Shown piece by piece: positions 37,241 through 51,442 of a stretch of DNA of 64,000 nt (its first letter is position 1; every line of letters starts with the position of its first letter). The DNA is from Camelus ferus. Its lineage: Eukaryota. Location: the NCBI RefSeq assembly GCF_009834535.1, contig NC_045696.1:44890001-44954000 (forward strand), in the 5' to 3' direction. Under the pieces are notes generated by a model. The model saw only the letters and a program-made list of their open reading frames with translations. It made no database searches and was not told the origin of the DNA. A program made the translations under genes and the position numbers.

Positions 37241-39519
37241 AAAGTAAAACTGCATATTTTGAATATAAATAAGATGATGTTTGGACTCTTTGAAAAGTAT
37301 AGATTGCCCAGAGAAGTTCAGTTCTTCATAAAGGTCATCTACCAATTCCTTGATTCATCTGTACGCCTATGACTGCCCCCAGATGGTCCCGGGTTATATT
37401 ATAATGAAATAACTAAATTACCCTTTTTGACTCCTTGTGAGCAAATGTTCAAATACAGATATATTTTCCATGTGCTTTGCTAAATAGACAAATGTGTGCC
37501 TTTGAAATCTTCCTCATAAGTCAGGTGCTTTACATCCCTCTCCTTCAGATATTGTGCAACCAAATATTGAATGCAAAGAATTCCACCGGGGGTCTCAATA
37601 AAGTAATATTTCTTTCTTTTATTTACGATGAGGACCTTCATATTATTCACATCTAAGAACAGTAAAATCCAAAAAGAATGGGACAGATGAATCATACAGA
37701 GTTTATTATCCTTAAGATAAATGAGAAGTATTTTGGGTAATTCTTCAATTGTGGAAGGATTCAGAGATGCTTGGTAGTGAGACACTGAACTTGAGAAGGT
37801 GAAACCTGCTTCAGTGACTTTCTGCCCCTATTTCTAAATCAACCTGCAAATTTCATATCTACAACTGAGGTGGTTCTTTAAAAAGTGTGTTCTATGACTA
37901 CAGCCTCTGAAGTCCTCTTTGCCCACCTTTAAATTGCTGTCATGCATAGAGGGATATGGATTTCTTTAAGGCAGAGGGAAGAGAAATCTAACCAAAGGAA
38001 GTGAAAATTAATTTCAAAAACATTTAGTGCAAAGAGCTGAAAGTAATAACTGAATTCTGGAACAGTGGATGGCAATAACTTTTTGATTGTCAGTGTCATC
38101 ACAGTTTAAAGTCTAAGAGAAATTCAAAGCACTTTTGGAAAAAAATTTAGCCTTACAGACTAAATCCAAGCAACTCAGTTTGTGGACTCAGCAGTTTCTT
38201 GTGCTGTGTCCCCCAACAAAGACAACAGTGATTGATGAAGAATCTTCCCAGTTGTAGAAAACTGTCAACACAGGTAAAATCCTGCAAGAGGGATTGACCT
38301 AAAATGGAAGCCACGTTATCTCAGACTAGATCGCCATCGGATGGGAATACTGGGGGGGTATCAGATGAGGGACTGATCTAAATGACTTATAAAGTGCTAT
38401 TCTGCCCTAAAATTCTATCTCCACACACACAAAAAGAAATGATGGATGTTTCCGTCAGTGGACTGTATCGTAGTATTCGCCCAAGTGCACCATAACGTTA
38501 CCTGACTGTCCACGTATCTTGATGTCAGTTTATAAGCTTCACAGAGTCACGGAATGTCCAACCCTCTACTTAACAGGAGGAGACTACTTACTCCTGCTCC
38601 GCATCACTAGACTGATGTTTTTTCAGAATGCTGTTGTGCTTTGCTCACAGCTGTAGAATCATGTGCAATTACAGTGGTAGATTCAGACCAGAGCTCCTGA
38701 TTCTGATTTAAGAAGTGCAGTTTTTCTGTTGCTCGACCTTGCATGTAAAGTTTTTGCCCCTTAAGGAAAAGAAACCATGTATATTTAACTTTCCATGCTT
38801 TCAGAAAATAAATACACTTAAAATATATTCGCCACTCCTGCTGCAGCAGAAAACAGTGTTTTAAAATTATAGAGTTAGGAATTTTGAATAAGGCAAACAC
38901 ACTCCTCTAATACCTAACCTTGAAGTATCCTGTGTTACGTGGAAAGGTGGTTTTACTGCACAACAATTTGGAGGGCAGGGCTAGCAAGAGAGTACAAAGC
39001 ATCAAGCACAAATAAATCTGGTGGTAAGAAATGATTATTTGTGAAAATTGCTGTAGAATTGCTCCTTTATTTTGAAAACTTCTGAGAGCAGTTTAGAAAG
39101 TCCACCACTAGATAAAAGAAACCTTTTAAATACGCTTTTAAAAAGAAAATACAGTACGCTGAGAATTAAATCACCAAGCAGCTCGCAACTATAGGGCAAA
39201 TGAAACTACAAATTGCATTTACAGGATCCATTTCATCCGGAGGAATATCAGAGCACTTTACAACCTGATTGGAAAGCACACATCTAGAATCAGTGCACCC
39301 ACAATGGAAGTACTGTTGCCTGCGAGGTCAGTCCAGCAGCTCTTCAGCAAAAGACAACCACCACTCGGACGGGGCGAGCAGCCCCCAGCCTAACCAGCCA
39401 CGTGTCAGCTCCTGGTTCAGTGCCGTGGAGCTGGGCGTTGCAGAACGCGGCCTTGAAATGGGAACGTCAGGGAACTTACATTAGGACCAGTTGTATAGGA
39501 AACGGTGGTGTTTTTCTCA

Positions 39520-39730
39520 CATAGCATAGTGAGTAAAAAAAGCGTGGGCTTTGGAGTCCGACCCTCCTTGGGGGCAAAACCCAGTTTGACCGTTTTTACT
39601 AGCTTTGTGATCTTGGGCAAGGAATCTAACTGCTCAAAGCCTCGATTTCCTTATACGTATTACTTTTTATAGTAGATGATATAAGACCTTAGCTCAGTGC
39701 CTGGAACACAGCAGATGTTCAGCAAATCTT
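39520..39730 (+). mobile_element. MIR SINE
   Basis: agcgtgggctttggagtc...ttactagctttgtgatcttgggcaag. Confidence 0.75.
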
Positions 39731-39999
39731 TGCTTTCTTCTTCTGCTTACTGATTAGAAAAATTATCTTTCCTTTTTAAACAGTATTATATACCTAAATT
39801 TGCTTTCTTATTCATGTGTCTTCCTCACCACCATTTTAGATAAACACATATGCACACGTGCTGTATAGCATATGCTATATGTATATCAAGATACTATTTT
39901 ATTGTATGTGAATTCACACACACACACACACGTATATATACATATATAAACATAATATGATGTGCATACATGTACATGGAATGGGCTTTCTATTTGCGC

Positions 40000-41040
40000 T
40001 GTAACCCTGCACCCCACCATTGTTAGAGGAAGTTCTGGAAAGAGAAAGAAATCCAGTGCACATGTAGACGGGGTGACATTACTTAGGAGTGAGGGGAGCA
40101 CTGCTACCTCGTCAGGTGAGGACATCAGCCCCTAGGTGCTCAGAGGTGGATGGACATGATCTTGGGGATCTTGGACAGTTTTTAACGGATTGCTTCAGGT
40201 TTCTCGAGTTTGTCAGTGAAGTGGAAGCAAAATCAGCTGAGAGTGAAGGTCGGGCAGGAGGCGCTGGATGTTTAAAGAGAAAGAGGGGCGTGTAAAACAA
40301 TCGCCTGGACAACAGTGAGAAGGAATGGCCAGGGCAGATGGGCAGGAGCCCTGGCCAGCATCAGACGCCCTCTGGAGGTTTGTGGTCATGATTTTAGAGT
40401 GAGACCAGTCAGCATGTTTGTATTTCTCTTTTGCCATATTCAGCTGTGCAGCTGCAGGCAAGGAGTAGTCAGAGAACTTGATTTAACTAGGGTTTGAATT
40501 TAATCTACTCAGGGTTTAGTGTTGCCAAGAAAATACAACAAGAGCAGGGGAAGAGTGTGTGCAGTGAAGAGATGATAATAATTGGCCTCGAGTTTAAGCT
40601 GTGACAGGAGGGGAGAGAGGACACCCAGAGCCTGAGGGAGAATGACAAGGTGGTGGGTCAACAGAGTGGAGGCACTGGCAGGGTTGAGGGGTCAGGAGTC
40701 AGGGTCCTAGAGGGAGATAACGGTCAGAGAACTTCCTACACGAAATTGAGATGATGGAGGGTAGCAGTTCTAGCAGTGATCAGGTTTCGGGTGTGCCCCT
40801 AGTGGGTAGTGGCTGAGATGGAATAGAAGGCAAGATAACTGGAGTCAAGAGGGTCAAAGTGCTGGGACGCCACTGTGTTGGAAGGATCATCAACTCGTAT
40901 ATGAAAATCACTAAGATTTACATCAGTAAGTGTGAGAGAATTTTATTCATCCAGAACTTATGTTAAGAAATGAAAGGGAATGACTCAGGAGTTGGTAAAG
41001 GACTGCAGCAGTAAGGGGGATGTCATCAATTTAATAGTTC
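40000..41040 (-). mobile_element. L2 LINE internal fragment
   Basis: Purine-rich antisense L2-body-like sequence (ttaggagtgaggggagcactgctacctc..., gggtcaaagtgctggga). Confidence 0.55.
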
Positions 41041-41829
41041 CATGAGATGCAGAGCTGGTGGGATCTGAGGTCCTGCTTGACCTCTGTTAATAAAAAAAAA
41101 AAAAAAAAAAAAGGAAATCTGGGGGAAAATTAAGAATAGTGCATTATCGTACCACCCAGAGATGATGGTATTTTAGAACGTGTTTTTGCAGGTTTTTAAA
41201 GATACTTACCAATACCAAAAGGAAAGAGTGGTGCAGTAGCCAAAAAGGATCTGTGGGTCTGCTGCCTGTTTACCTCCCAGGAGAAATCAAGGCACCTGCT
41301 AGTGATCTGAGGAAAACAGCTGTGGAGTGATGAGGGGGAAGGGGATCTGGGAAGAAAGTCTAGGCTACCCTCTCCCTCAGGGAGTTAAATAAGAAAGCTC
41401 CAGAAAAGTTCATCCACTTTCTTGCCCCAGGCACCAGAATTACATTCTGAAGCCAATTAGAGCCACATACATTGTGGGGATTTGGGAGTCGTGTCCCTAG
41501 TTATATGGATTGAAGATATATTTTGCTGGCTGTAATATTTATATTATTCTATGTAATCAGATTTATGAATGTTATCTGCTGGAGAGGGCTTCCCTGCCCC
41601 TCGCCCTAGGTTTCCCCACAGGGACAGAGACTGTTCAGGCCACGGTCTCACATGGTGGAGAGCAACCTGGCTGAGAAATAAAGTCATGTACCCCAGCCAG
41701 CTCTGTCGGTAAGAAAACTGATCTTTTGATCTCTGTCTCATGAGCCTTATTCCTCACATGGTTCTGAAAGGAGGAAGGGAAGAGAGGGAAGTTCTGTATT
41801 TATCCGCCCCTTACACACATATTTTCTCC

Positions 41830-44290
41830 CTTATGTTTTCTGGCGTTAATGTCTTGTTTCAAAAAGTCTTTCCCCAAACATGATAGTGTTTTCCCACGGT
41901 GAATTCTAGCACATTGACACTTTCATCTTTCATATGTAAGTCTCTACCCCAGCTCAAATTTACTGTATGAGATAATTTAAATTTACGCTTTTAAAATTCT
42001 AGGCTCGTTGTCCAAAGCCATTTGTGAAAGCCTGGATTTTCCCCCACTGACTTGAAATTATAACATATAGAGCTCAAATATCAGAAGCAGTCACCTTGTC
42101 TTCTGCGCATCAGATGAAGTGGGCTTGAACTGCAAACCTAGGATGCCTAGGTTGTTTGGACAGGGAAGGAGCGACTGCTAACTTTTTTCTCTCAGTATTT
42201 TTCATAATTGAGCATTGTGTGATTTGATACAGTATTCCTAGTGTTTACCTTACGTAGGATTAGTTCAGCCTCTTGAATCAGTGTCTATAGTTTTTACCAA
42301 ATTTCAAACTTTTCAAATAGTATTTCTCCACATAGTTTTTTCTATGCCCTCTCTCTCCTCCCCTCTTGATTCTTCAATTATATGTATGTTAGAACATTTG
42401 GAATTAGGTAATAGGTCAACTGATGCTCCTTCTTTTCCAGTGTATTTCTTTATGCTTCATTCACATATATGTTGGTGATATGTCTTCAAATACTATGCTT
42501 AATTTGCTGTTAAGCCAGTTTAGTGAAATTTTCACTTCAGACATAGTAGTTCTTACCTTTGGAAGTTCCTTTTATTTTATTTTTTTAATATCTAACATTT
42601 CTTTGTCTAATTTTATCCATATTTAAATACACAAATGTCATATGTAATGTGATAGCTATTGTAGTATACTTTCAAGTTTGTTCTGTCATTTCTGGCATTT
42701 CTGTGTCTGATTCCACTGATTGGGTTTTCTCCTGGTTTTGAATTACATGTCCCTGCTTCTTGGCACATCTAGTATTTTTGACAGGTTGCTGGACATTATG
42801 ATGATTGCTTTGTTGAAGGTCTGGATTTTCTTGTCTAACTTGAAAGACCACTGAGCTCTTTTTTTCTTTTTCTTTCTTTCTTTTTTTTTTTTTTTTTTTA
42901 AGTAACTAAGTTATTTACAGATCGGTTTGATCTTTTTGAGGTCTTTCTTTTGAGCTTTGTGAAGGCGGGTCTACAGTAGCCCATACTCTATAGGGATCAT
43001 TCAGCCCTGCTACTAAGGGATGATGCAGTGGGGTCTCCACTGAATGTGATGATCACTGAGGACTTTCCACTCTGGTTGGAACTCAGATAACCCCCTACCC
43101 TCTGTGAACTCTGGGAATTGCTCTCCTTATAACTCCCTGATCATTCTTTAACTCTATCTTGTGGAGTTCTGTTCCATGCATGTGCAGCAGAGTCCTTAGC
43201 AAATGCTCAAGGAGAAGCCAGTGCAGATATCGGGGCAACTTTTTCTGCATAACTCCTTTTCTGGAACTCTTCCCACAAATTTCTTCTGCTTTGGCCTCCC
43301 TTAACACTCATCTCCAGTGTCTTAACTCTGTAAGTCACCACATACTGTTTAGTTTCTAGCTGCCTCTTTCTGTCCCTGATCTGGGAATTGCCTGTTGCCC
43401 AAAGTCTGAAAATTGTTGTTTTTCAAACATTTTTCAGTTATCTGGAGGTAAAGCCTTGTTATGTCTTCATCGCTGGAAAGAAGTAAAAAATTTTCTATTA
43501 GTCTGCTTACTCATTTATGTGTGATCTTTCTGCTGTATTTGCTTTTAAGCTCTCTTCCAAGGCCTTTAGGAATTTCCCTGTGCTGTGTCACATCCATCGT
43601 CTGGTTATTCCATCTCTCTTTCTAGAAGTTCTAATTGATCCTTATTCAAGTTTTTACTGTTCTTTTGTACCTGTATGTTTTTAATTTTTTTCTTTACTGC
43701 AATAAATATTATCCAGATTTATTTTGTGCTGTTTTTCACATTATAGCCTATCAGTTTCAGGGTATTATCATTTCAAGATCTAAATATGCAGGATTGTTTC
43801 AAAACTTAGTCCTTCAAATTTTCAAAAGATACTTGTTTTCCATCTGGAGGCTAGGTCGAGACAGGTAAGCTTCCTTTTCAGTTCCCGATGTTTATGTGCA
43901 GACATTTTTTTATAATTTGCCTTTTGCTGAGTTTAGAGCCTTTTGAGAATCTACTATTAGGTAGAAGTCTCAGTTTTAGCTCCTGCTTTGCAAGGACCCA
44001 CAGTCCTATCAACTCTCTTCGCATGAGCTTTATGAAATTAGTCCCTCCATGATTGAACAGGAGCAGCCCCTTGGGCAGCAGTGACATAAGTTCACATGCT
44101 TATTACCTTAAAGATACTAAAGTTTTCAGGTCACTATTTGTTTCTTGCACCTTGAGATTTTCTTTTCATCCTTGCAAGTCCTGTTATGAATTCCAGATTA
44201 TTTTTATTTTATTATGTTCAGCATCTCTACTTCATTTTAGGAGGAAACATTTCAGTTCTACAGACAATCGTATTGCCTGACCAGAAATTC
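41830..44290 (-). mobile_element. Old L1M/HAL1-like fragments
   Basis: T-rich antisense ORF1/5'UTR-like sequence (ttcagcctcttgaatc..., ttccactgattgggttttctcctgg, ggattttcttgtct). Confidence 0.55.
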
Positions 44291-45483
44291 TGTATTATTC
44301 TCTGAAGCATCAGAAATTAAAATTGCTTCTCTAGGAATCACATATAAAAATGAGAGTCATAATGGTCAGGAAAGATTTCCTAACTCTTCGTTATCTTTGG
44401 GATTATGTATTAATGTTATTTTGGGAGGAATATATATCACTACCTTTTTTGGCTAATATCTTATTAAAGTTGAACACACAAGGGGTGTTCTCTGTTCAGT
44501 TTTTGAATGCTGCTGTGCAAATGAAGGAGTGATAAAATGTAATTCCTAGTTTGAAAGAGTGGTTTGTAAACCTGGCTCCATGTCAGAAACAGTTTTAGAG
44601 CTTGGTGAAAATAATTTGAGATTGTGACTCAGTAAATCTGGGTGCAGCCGTGTATAAATGGAATTAAGTCTTAATCCTACTTCAAACAGCATGTCCTGGA
44701 ACTCTCATGGCCTCAAAAATCTTGTGCCCCACTGAGTCTAAAATGTTGCTAACCAGCATCCAGCTGGCCCTAGAATTTGTTGATAGCAACAAAAAGAAAA
44801 AACAGAGAACTCTCATTGGAACCATGACATTTTTATTTCGGGCACTCAGACTAGTGTTTTCTGTCCTGCCGCCCTAGGTGCTAAAGTGCAGGCTGGCATC
44901 ATTTCACTTCTGGAAGGTACAGAAATTTAAAAGTTTTATTCTGCTGAGAACTGGAACTAAATGCCCTGCTTGTTTGTTTTATTCACTTCAGCTTATTTTA
45001 AACGGAGACAGGTTTACGCTCGGTATACACTGAGTTCTACTTTGTACTTCAGAAATCACATTATTGTTTTCTAAACTGCTACTTGAATTTTTATTTACAA
45101 TTTTCCAGTTAATCTTTTTCTCCCTTCTCGAGGTCAAATAGCCCGAAATAAATGGCCTGCCGGTTTACCACCGTGTCTAGTAGCACACTTAGTACATGAG
45201 GACTCCACAGATGTTCGATGTCGTGGTCTTTATATGACGTGCATTTTCCACATAATTACTGACTCCTTACTCTCATCTCACTTTATTTATTCACTTTTCC
45301 TCACTGTACACTTTCTCAAAATCCTAAATAAATGTCACATCTGCGGGAACCATGCTACATACTTATTTAAAAATAAGTATACTTTTAATGTCTTAAAAAT
45401 AGTTGCCCAGAATTAAGTGCCTATTCTGTTCATGACTGAGTGGCTGATACTGGATCAAGCCATTGGCAAATAACAAATAAGAA

Positions 45484-45522
45484 GGAGAGAGAGAGAGAGA
45501 GAGAGAGTGTGTGTGTGTGTGT
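45484..45522. repeat. Compound (GA)n(GT)n microsatellite
   Basis: Direct inspection. Confidence 0.95.
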
Positions 45523-45559
45523 ACATTTGATGATACGGGAGAGGTAATAAGCAGGAGAA

Positions 45560-46082
45560 TAGAGCACAAACCAAAACATTGGTCTAAATGGGCCGAGGAT
45601 ACCGATATGAGTGCTGCCCGAAGAGCACAGTCCAAGAAAGAATGGAGCCAAAGGGAGAGAGGATAAAAACTCATGTATAATTTTACCTTAAGTCATTGAC
45701 TCCTAAACTGCATCAACATAGGGAAAGATTTTTACAAAACCAAGAAAAGTAGCAGCAGCTTGAGCTTGAAGAGTTCAGTGGAGATTTCAGTGCTGTGCAA
45801 GGAACATGCAGAAAGATGTTCAAATCCTGTCAAATTAGAGGGTCCCAGTAAACGCTTAGGCATTCCCTTGCAGCCCTGAAAGATCATATCCTAGGATTAA
45901 GAGCAAAACCAAATAGCCAAACCTACCAAAGACTAAAACTAATCTGCAAAGAACAAGTGAGCCACCTGAACACTAAATACCTTTAAAAACACTTTAATGC
46001 TTTTTGGAGAAAGAAAATATCAAGGGTCTCTAGGATTCCTCACCCACGATGTCTGGCTTCCAATCAGAATTGTAAGATAAGC

Positions 46083-46113
<31 letters not shown>

Positions 46114-47620
46114 AATGGGAAGAGACACAAAGATGATTCAGATAGTTATATTTTTCAGGAAAAAATTTTTAAACAAATGCAATTAAATATGTTCAAGAAA
46201 ATAGAGAAATGTATTTGTAGCTTCAGAAGATACTTGAAATTTTTAAAAGCAAGTCAAAGAGGCATTCAGTTTTAAAACAAATACTTTTGTAACTACCAAG
46301 AGAATAATGACTATCATTAAAAAAGCTGATAATGGGAGAAAAACTTGGAGTAATTTTTAAAAGCTTGATTTAGGCAAAGGAAGGCAAGAAAACAAGGAAT
46401 ATATAGGCAAAAATATATGCAAACAAATAGCAAGAGAGTGGACATAAACCCAAGTATATGAGTAATTAATTGAAATTCATCTGGACTGAATTCTGTAATT
46501 AAAAAACAAAGATGATCTTGCTGGCTAAAAAGATAATTATATATTTATAAGAAACACACTTTAAATATGTAGAAAAAGAAATGTTGAAAGCAAAAGTATT
46601 GAAAAAATGATCATGGACACATTAACCCAAAGAAAATAGGTATGGCTTTGTTTTCTTAAAAAAATTGGCTTTAAGGGAAAATATTACCAGAGATAGTGAA
46701 GGACATTTCATAATGATAAAAGTCAACTCAATAGGAGTGTGTAACAGCCCAAATTTACATGCACCTAATATTACGGTTTTGTAGCATATAAATAAGATTA
46801 GAAAAACAAAAAAGGAAATGGAAAAACATAAGTATCTGGAGACTGTAACACAAAATGCATAAATATATATAAGGTAGGAAAAAAGCATAAGTAACCAACT
46901 TGACATAATTGGCACCAATTACATTTATACAACATTGTACTATGCAATTGCAGAATAGACATTGTTTTCAATTGTGCATGGAATATGTATAAAAATTGGC
47001 CATACACTGGCACCAAAGCAAATACCAACAAATTTCAAAGGATTTAAATAATTCACAATATATTTTCTAACTACTCTAGAATTAAACTGGAAATAAATAA
47101 AAAGATAATTAGAAAGTTTCATTTTTTTGTAATTAAGTAATACACCTCTAAATTACCAGTTCCACTCAAGAGAAGTGATTGCATATATTCACCAAGAGAA
47201 TGTATAAGAGGGTGCGTATTAGCTTTATTTGTAATTCTCCCAAACAGAAAATAACCCAAATGCCCTTCACTGGGTGAATGAACAAAATATGGTATATTCA
47301 TACCTAGCAATTAAAAAGAACAAAACTGCTGCAACATGGAACCACATGGATGGATTTTACAAATATATTGTTGACTAAAACAGGCTGGACACAGAAGAGT
47401 ACACATGGTATGATTTCCTTTATACGAGGTTTAAGGACAGGCAGAATTTATCTGTCATGATCAAAGTCAAAAATAGTGGTCATTTCTGGACAAGAAGGTA
47501 GTAATGGTAGAGATGGCACATGACAGAGCATTTGGAGTGAAGGAAAAATTTCTACGTCTTCTAAGAGGTAGGCACATAGATGCGAGTGTTTGTATGTGTG
47601 TGTGTGTAAATTTACTGTAA
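45560..47620 (+). mobile_element. Old L1 (L1ME-like) with endonuclease remnant and 3'UTR
   Basis: gagatagtgaaggacatttcataatgataaaag and aatttacatgcacctaata match the EN domain. L1ME-type 3' end at 47120-47620. Confidence 0.75.
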
Positions 47621-47635
47621 GCATGCTATGCCCTC

Positions 47636-48038
47636 TGTTGTAGACTGAATTGTGTCCCTTCATAAATTCATTGGTTGAAGTCTTTACCCCCAGCCCCTCA
47701 TAATGTGACTCTATTTGGGGATAGAGCCTTTAAGGAGTTACATGAGGTCATGTGGATGGGCCCAAGTCCATTCTAACCAATATTCTTATTAGATGAGGGA
47801 ATTTGGACTAAGAGACACCAGGAACACGTGTGCACAGAGGGAAGACCCTGTGAAGACGTGGCAAGGTGGGTGGTCATTTGCAAACCAAGGAGACAGGTCT
47901 TAGGAGAAACCAACCCTGATGGCACCTTGACCTTGGGGTTCTACCCTCCAGATAATAAAGGGAAAGAGAAGATAAATTTTGTTGTTTAAACCATGCAGTC
48001 CCTAGTATTTTCTTGTGACAGCCTGGCAGACTAATACA
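47636..48038 (+). mobile_element. MaLR LTR (MLT1A/B-like)
   Basis: tgttgtagactgaattgtgtccc...gacagcctggcagactaataca. Confidence 0.85.
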
Positions 48039-48049
48039 ATCCCCCAAAT

Positions 48050-48260
48050 ATGAAATAATAGCCAACGTTTAAAGTATTTACTAGATGCTCATTTAATCCT
48101 CCCAGCATTACTATGAGGTAAATACAATTACAAATTATCTTTATTTTAGAGATAGTACTGAGGAAGGATGAGTAAGTTGTCCAGAGTCATGAAGGTAGTA
48201 AGATGCAGTCCAGGGACTTGGCTATGTGCTGCCTGAATCCAAAGACCCTATGTTTAATTC
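48050..48260 (-). mobile_element. MIR SINE
   Basis: ctcatttaatcctcccagcattactatgaggta...gagtaagttgtccagagtca. Confidence 0.65.
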
Positions 48261-50853
48261 CCAGATTATATGCTGAATTTCTAGATTATAATATGAAGTT
48301 TCTCTTATGTAGGTAGCTAGCAGACAGAAATTTCTGCAGAAATTTCCAGGAATGTCCTTAGAAATGAGTACTGAGAAAGAAAATTCCAGAGCAGGGGGGA
48401 TTTCAAAAAAAGAAAAAATAGGGCTAAAAGGACCTGTAGCACTGAGAGTGTGGGTGAGGATAGGCCCCTGGGAGTACCCATCCTGAGTTCAGGGTCAGCA
48501 ATAGCGAAGAGACTGTTCACACTTGCAAGCAGATCCTTGATTCATTCCATTCTAACTGGTTATGAATGTTTCCCACCATGTCCCTAGACCTTGAACTCCT
48601 TGAAGAAAGGACTGGGTCCCACTTCCGTTATCTTACATAATGTGGGACACTGGATAGACACTCAGCGAATGTGCATTGAATTAAATGGGAAGGACTGACA
48701 GATCTTCCCAAATGACCTTGCCCTACTTTACACGTTTTCCTTGAAACCAGTCCTGCTCTCATCTCAAATCTCCAATGGGGGAAAATAAATTGCAGGCTCA
48801 TATTTTACTTCCCAAGTTCTGACAAGTGTTATTTATGAACACTAATCAAATATGCTAAATCTGCCAAATATGCCGGTTGAAAATAAAATGTGATTCAGCA
48901 GTGAATTTTTGGTGCCATATTTCCTGTCCTTTTATTCTCCTCTAGGGCTTTGTTTTATCTCCGTGTCTTGCATTCCCTTGCTCTTTTGCTCTCTGTGCAA
49001 TTGCCTTCTTGTCTTTTTCTTCCATTTCTTCTGATTTACTCCCTTTTGGGGGGGCTGTCACTGGTTCAGCAACTAAAGATTGATAATAACGTCTTGTTGT
49101 TGCACTGTAATTGCTGTGTCAAGAAGGCAGGCGCAGCAGGCTGTCACAGTTCTAACACTGACTGAAGAGGAGATTTGCTGTGTGCTGATTAATATCGGGG
49201 GGGAGGAAGGGTGCCTTAAGGATGTGACTGTCTCTCAAAAAATGCCTCCTTTCCTCACTTTAAAGATGGAATCACTAGCCATGCACTATCACACTCATTG
49301 ACAGTGGTCAAAGCGATGTATCTTTCATGATATTATTAATTGTTTTTGAATAATCTTTTCAGAACTTTTCAAGATAATGCTTATGTAATTTTTCCCAAAT
49401 TATTTTAAAGAAATGAGAGGCTGTAGTACCATTCTTCCTTATAGATGAGGAAACTAGGTCACAAATGGTTATTTTCGTATTGTCATGTAAAGAAGCATTA
49501 TTGATGGCAGAGCTAGAATTTCAGCCTATTTTTCCATTAAACCAATTTCATTCTAAACATCCTCTCAACACACAGATACACACAAAGAATTAACTGATAT
49601 AAAAATTGCTATAGAGAGCTTGCAGTGATTTATGTCTAGTATTAGAGATTGTCAATAAAGATTTTTAGTGTGGAATTTTAGGGGCTAATGCATACCTTCC
49701 ATTCCATTAGACAGTGAGTTCCTAAGGTGGGTATTTTTGAATAAAACAATTGCTTTTGGGCTCTCAAAAGTAGAAGTTGGATTTGCAAAAACAGCATAGG
49801 ATTGCGACTGGCACCATGTTATACTCATAATTTGAGCTGAAGTTTGGACAACATTCACTGGTAATATTTGACTTATAGACAGCCAGAATATATATTTATT
49901 TTAACCTAAGGGAAACTGAATTGTGTCTAAATAGACTTAAAAAATTTGCATATGACCAGAAGGTTGGATAGTCTTGCCATATGTCAAGACTATGTCTTTA
50001 CTTTCTATTTCCGGAACTAAAAAATATGGTGAAGGCTATGAATTCCCTCTTAGAGTTGGAAGGAGTGTTATGAAATGACCAAGAATAGCAAACAGATCTT
50101 AGAAATCCAGGCAAGCTTGGGTCTGGCTGGCACGTGGTTTGCATATCTCTTTAGATAACAAGGACACAGCTACAAGGTTGGGAAGTTGAACAGGAAGAGC
50201 TCTTGAGGGCCCTTTCAGGTCTATCCCTCTATGAAAATAGCTCGTCAGTAATGCCTCAAATAAGTTCACATTTAGCACGTGGGCTTTAAAGGTTTCTTCA
50301 AGTGGGTAGGTTTTGCAGTATGTACTGTGGGTGTCTTAAGATAACAGGCAAGAACGCAAAGCCCTCAGCAGCTGCTTATCTCTAGGCTCCCAGAATTTAA
50401 CACTTAGGGATTTATAGCAAACCCACCACCCTGATGGAAACAAAAGGTCACTCATCTTGCTCAGAACTAAACCAGTAAGTGCTTAAAGTTAATCTCCCTA
50501 ATAACATACCAGAGGCAGCAGTGTAGTGAGCCGGAAGCTGGTGCAGAAATCTCCCTGCAGTTCTGCCTTGAATTGTATTGGCTTCCAAATTCCTGCATTG
50601 CTGAAGTGCAGCCGAAGGTAAACCCTGGTCTGTAAAGCATCACAAGTATTGCTTCTGGATCATTATTCACGGTGGGGAGGGGTCCCCAAAATTAGACAAG
50701 GGGTATGTGACTTGTGTCATTAAGCTAACTCTTCTGTAATGTCAAGGAAATACAAGTTTTCAGTCTCAAAGAACTGTACGCCTTGATTATCTTCATAGTC
50801 TTAATCAAGAAGTTAAGCCGTAAATATAGAATATTTTTGCCACATAGATTTAT

Positions 50854-51442
50854 TTTTTTATGTCTCTATTTTTTCAGCTTTATTGAAGTATAATTGACAA
50901 ATAGAATTGTAATATATTTAAAGTGTACAACATGATTATTTGATAGATGTTGTGGAAGAGTTCCCAGAGTCGAGTTAATTAACACACCCATACCTCATAT
51001 ATTTACCTTTTTTGGCAGCTAGGGGGAGAGGTGAAAACACAAGTACTACTGTTAGCAAACTTCAGTTGCACCACACAATATTATCAATTATAGTTACATT
51101 GTTATACACTAGGTCTCAGCCTTATTTAGCTTCTCACCAGAAGTTTGTACCCTTTTACTGACCCCTTCACTCCTCAGGGAGAAACCTGGCGTTGAGGGTT
51201 CCCTCTGGATTGATTGGTGTTGTGCTGGTGTGGGGTTTATGGCAAGAGTGTGTATTAGCTTTTCTTACCTGTTTAGATGTGTTTAGATTTTCTCCATTCC
51301 TAATGTGGAGGAAGAAGTCACTTAACTAGTTTTTGGATTTCTCTCAGATTTGATCTGCATGTGGCTGTGTACTCAGTACATCTGTGGGAGGTGGGAAATG
51401 CAGGAGCCTCTTATGTTGCCATTTTGGTGATGCCTTCCTCCT
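50854..51442 (-). mobile_element. Internally deleted mini-L1 (5'UTR start fused to 3'UTR end)
   Basis: 51170-51442 is homologous to the L1 5' end at 30975-31230. 50854-51170 is an L1 3' terminus. TSD ca(c/g)atagatttat at 50841-50853 and 51443-51455. Confidence 0.8.

Noticed and set aside
37480..37785. 101-aa minus-strand ORF with a superficially F-box-like start (STIEELPKILLIYL)
   Set aside because: It starts at GTG, the similarity does not extend, and there is no exon, poly(A) or TSD context. Most likely a chance ORF.
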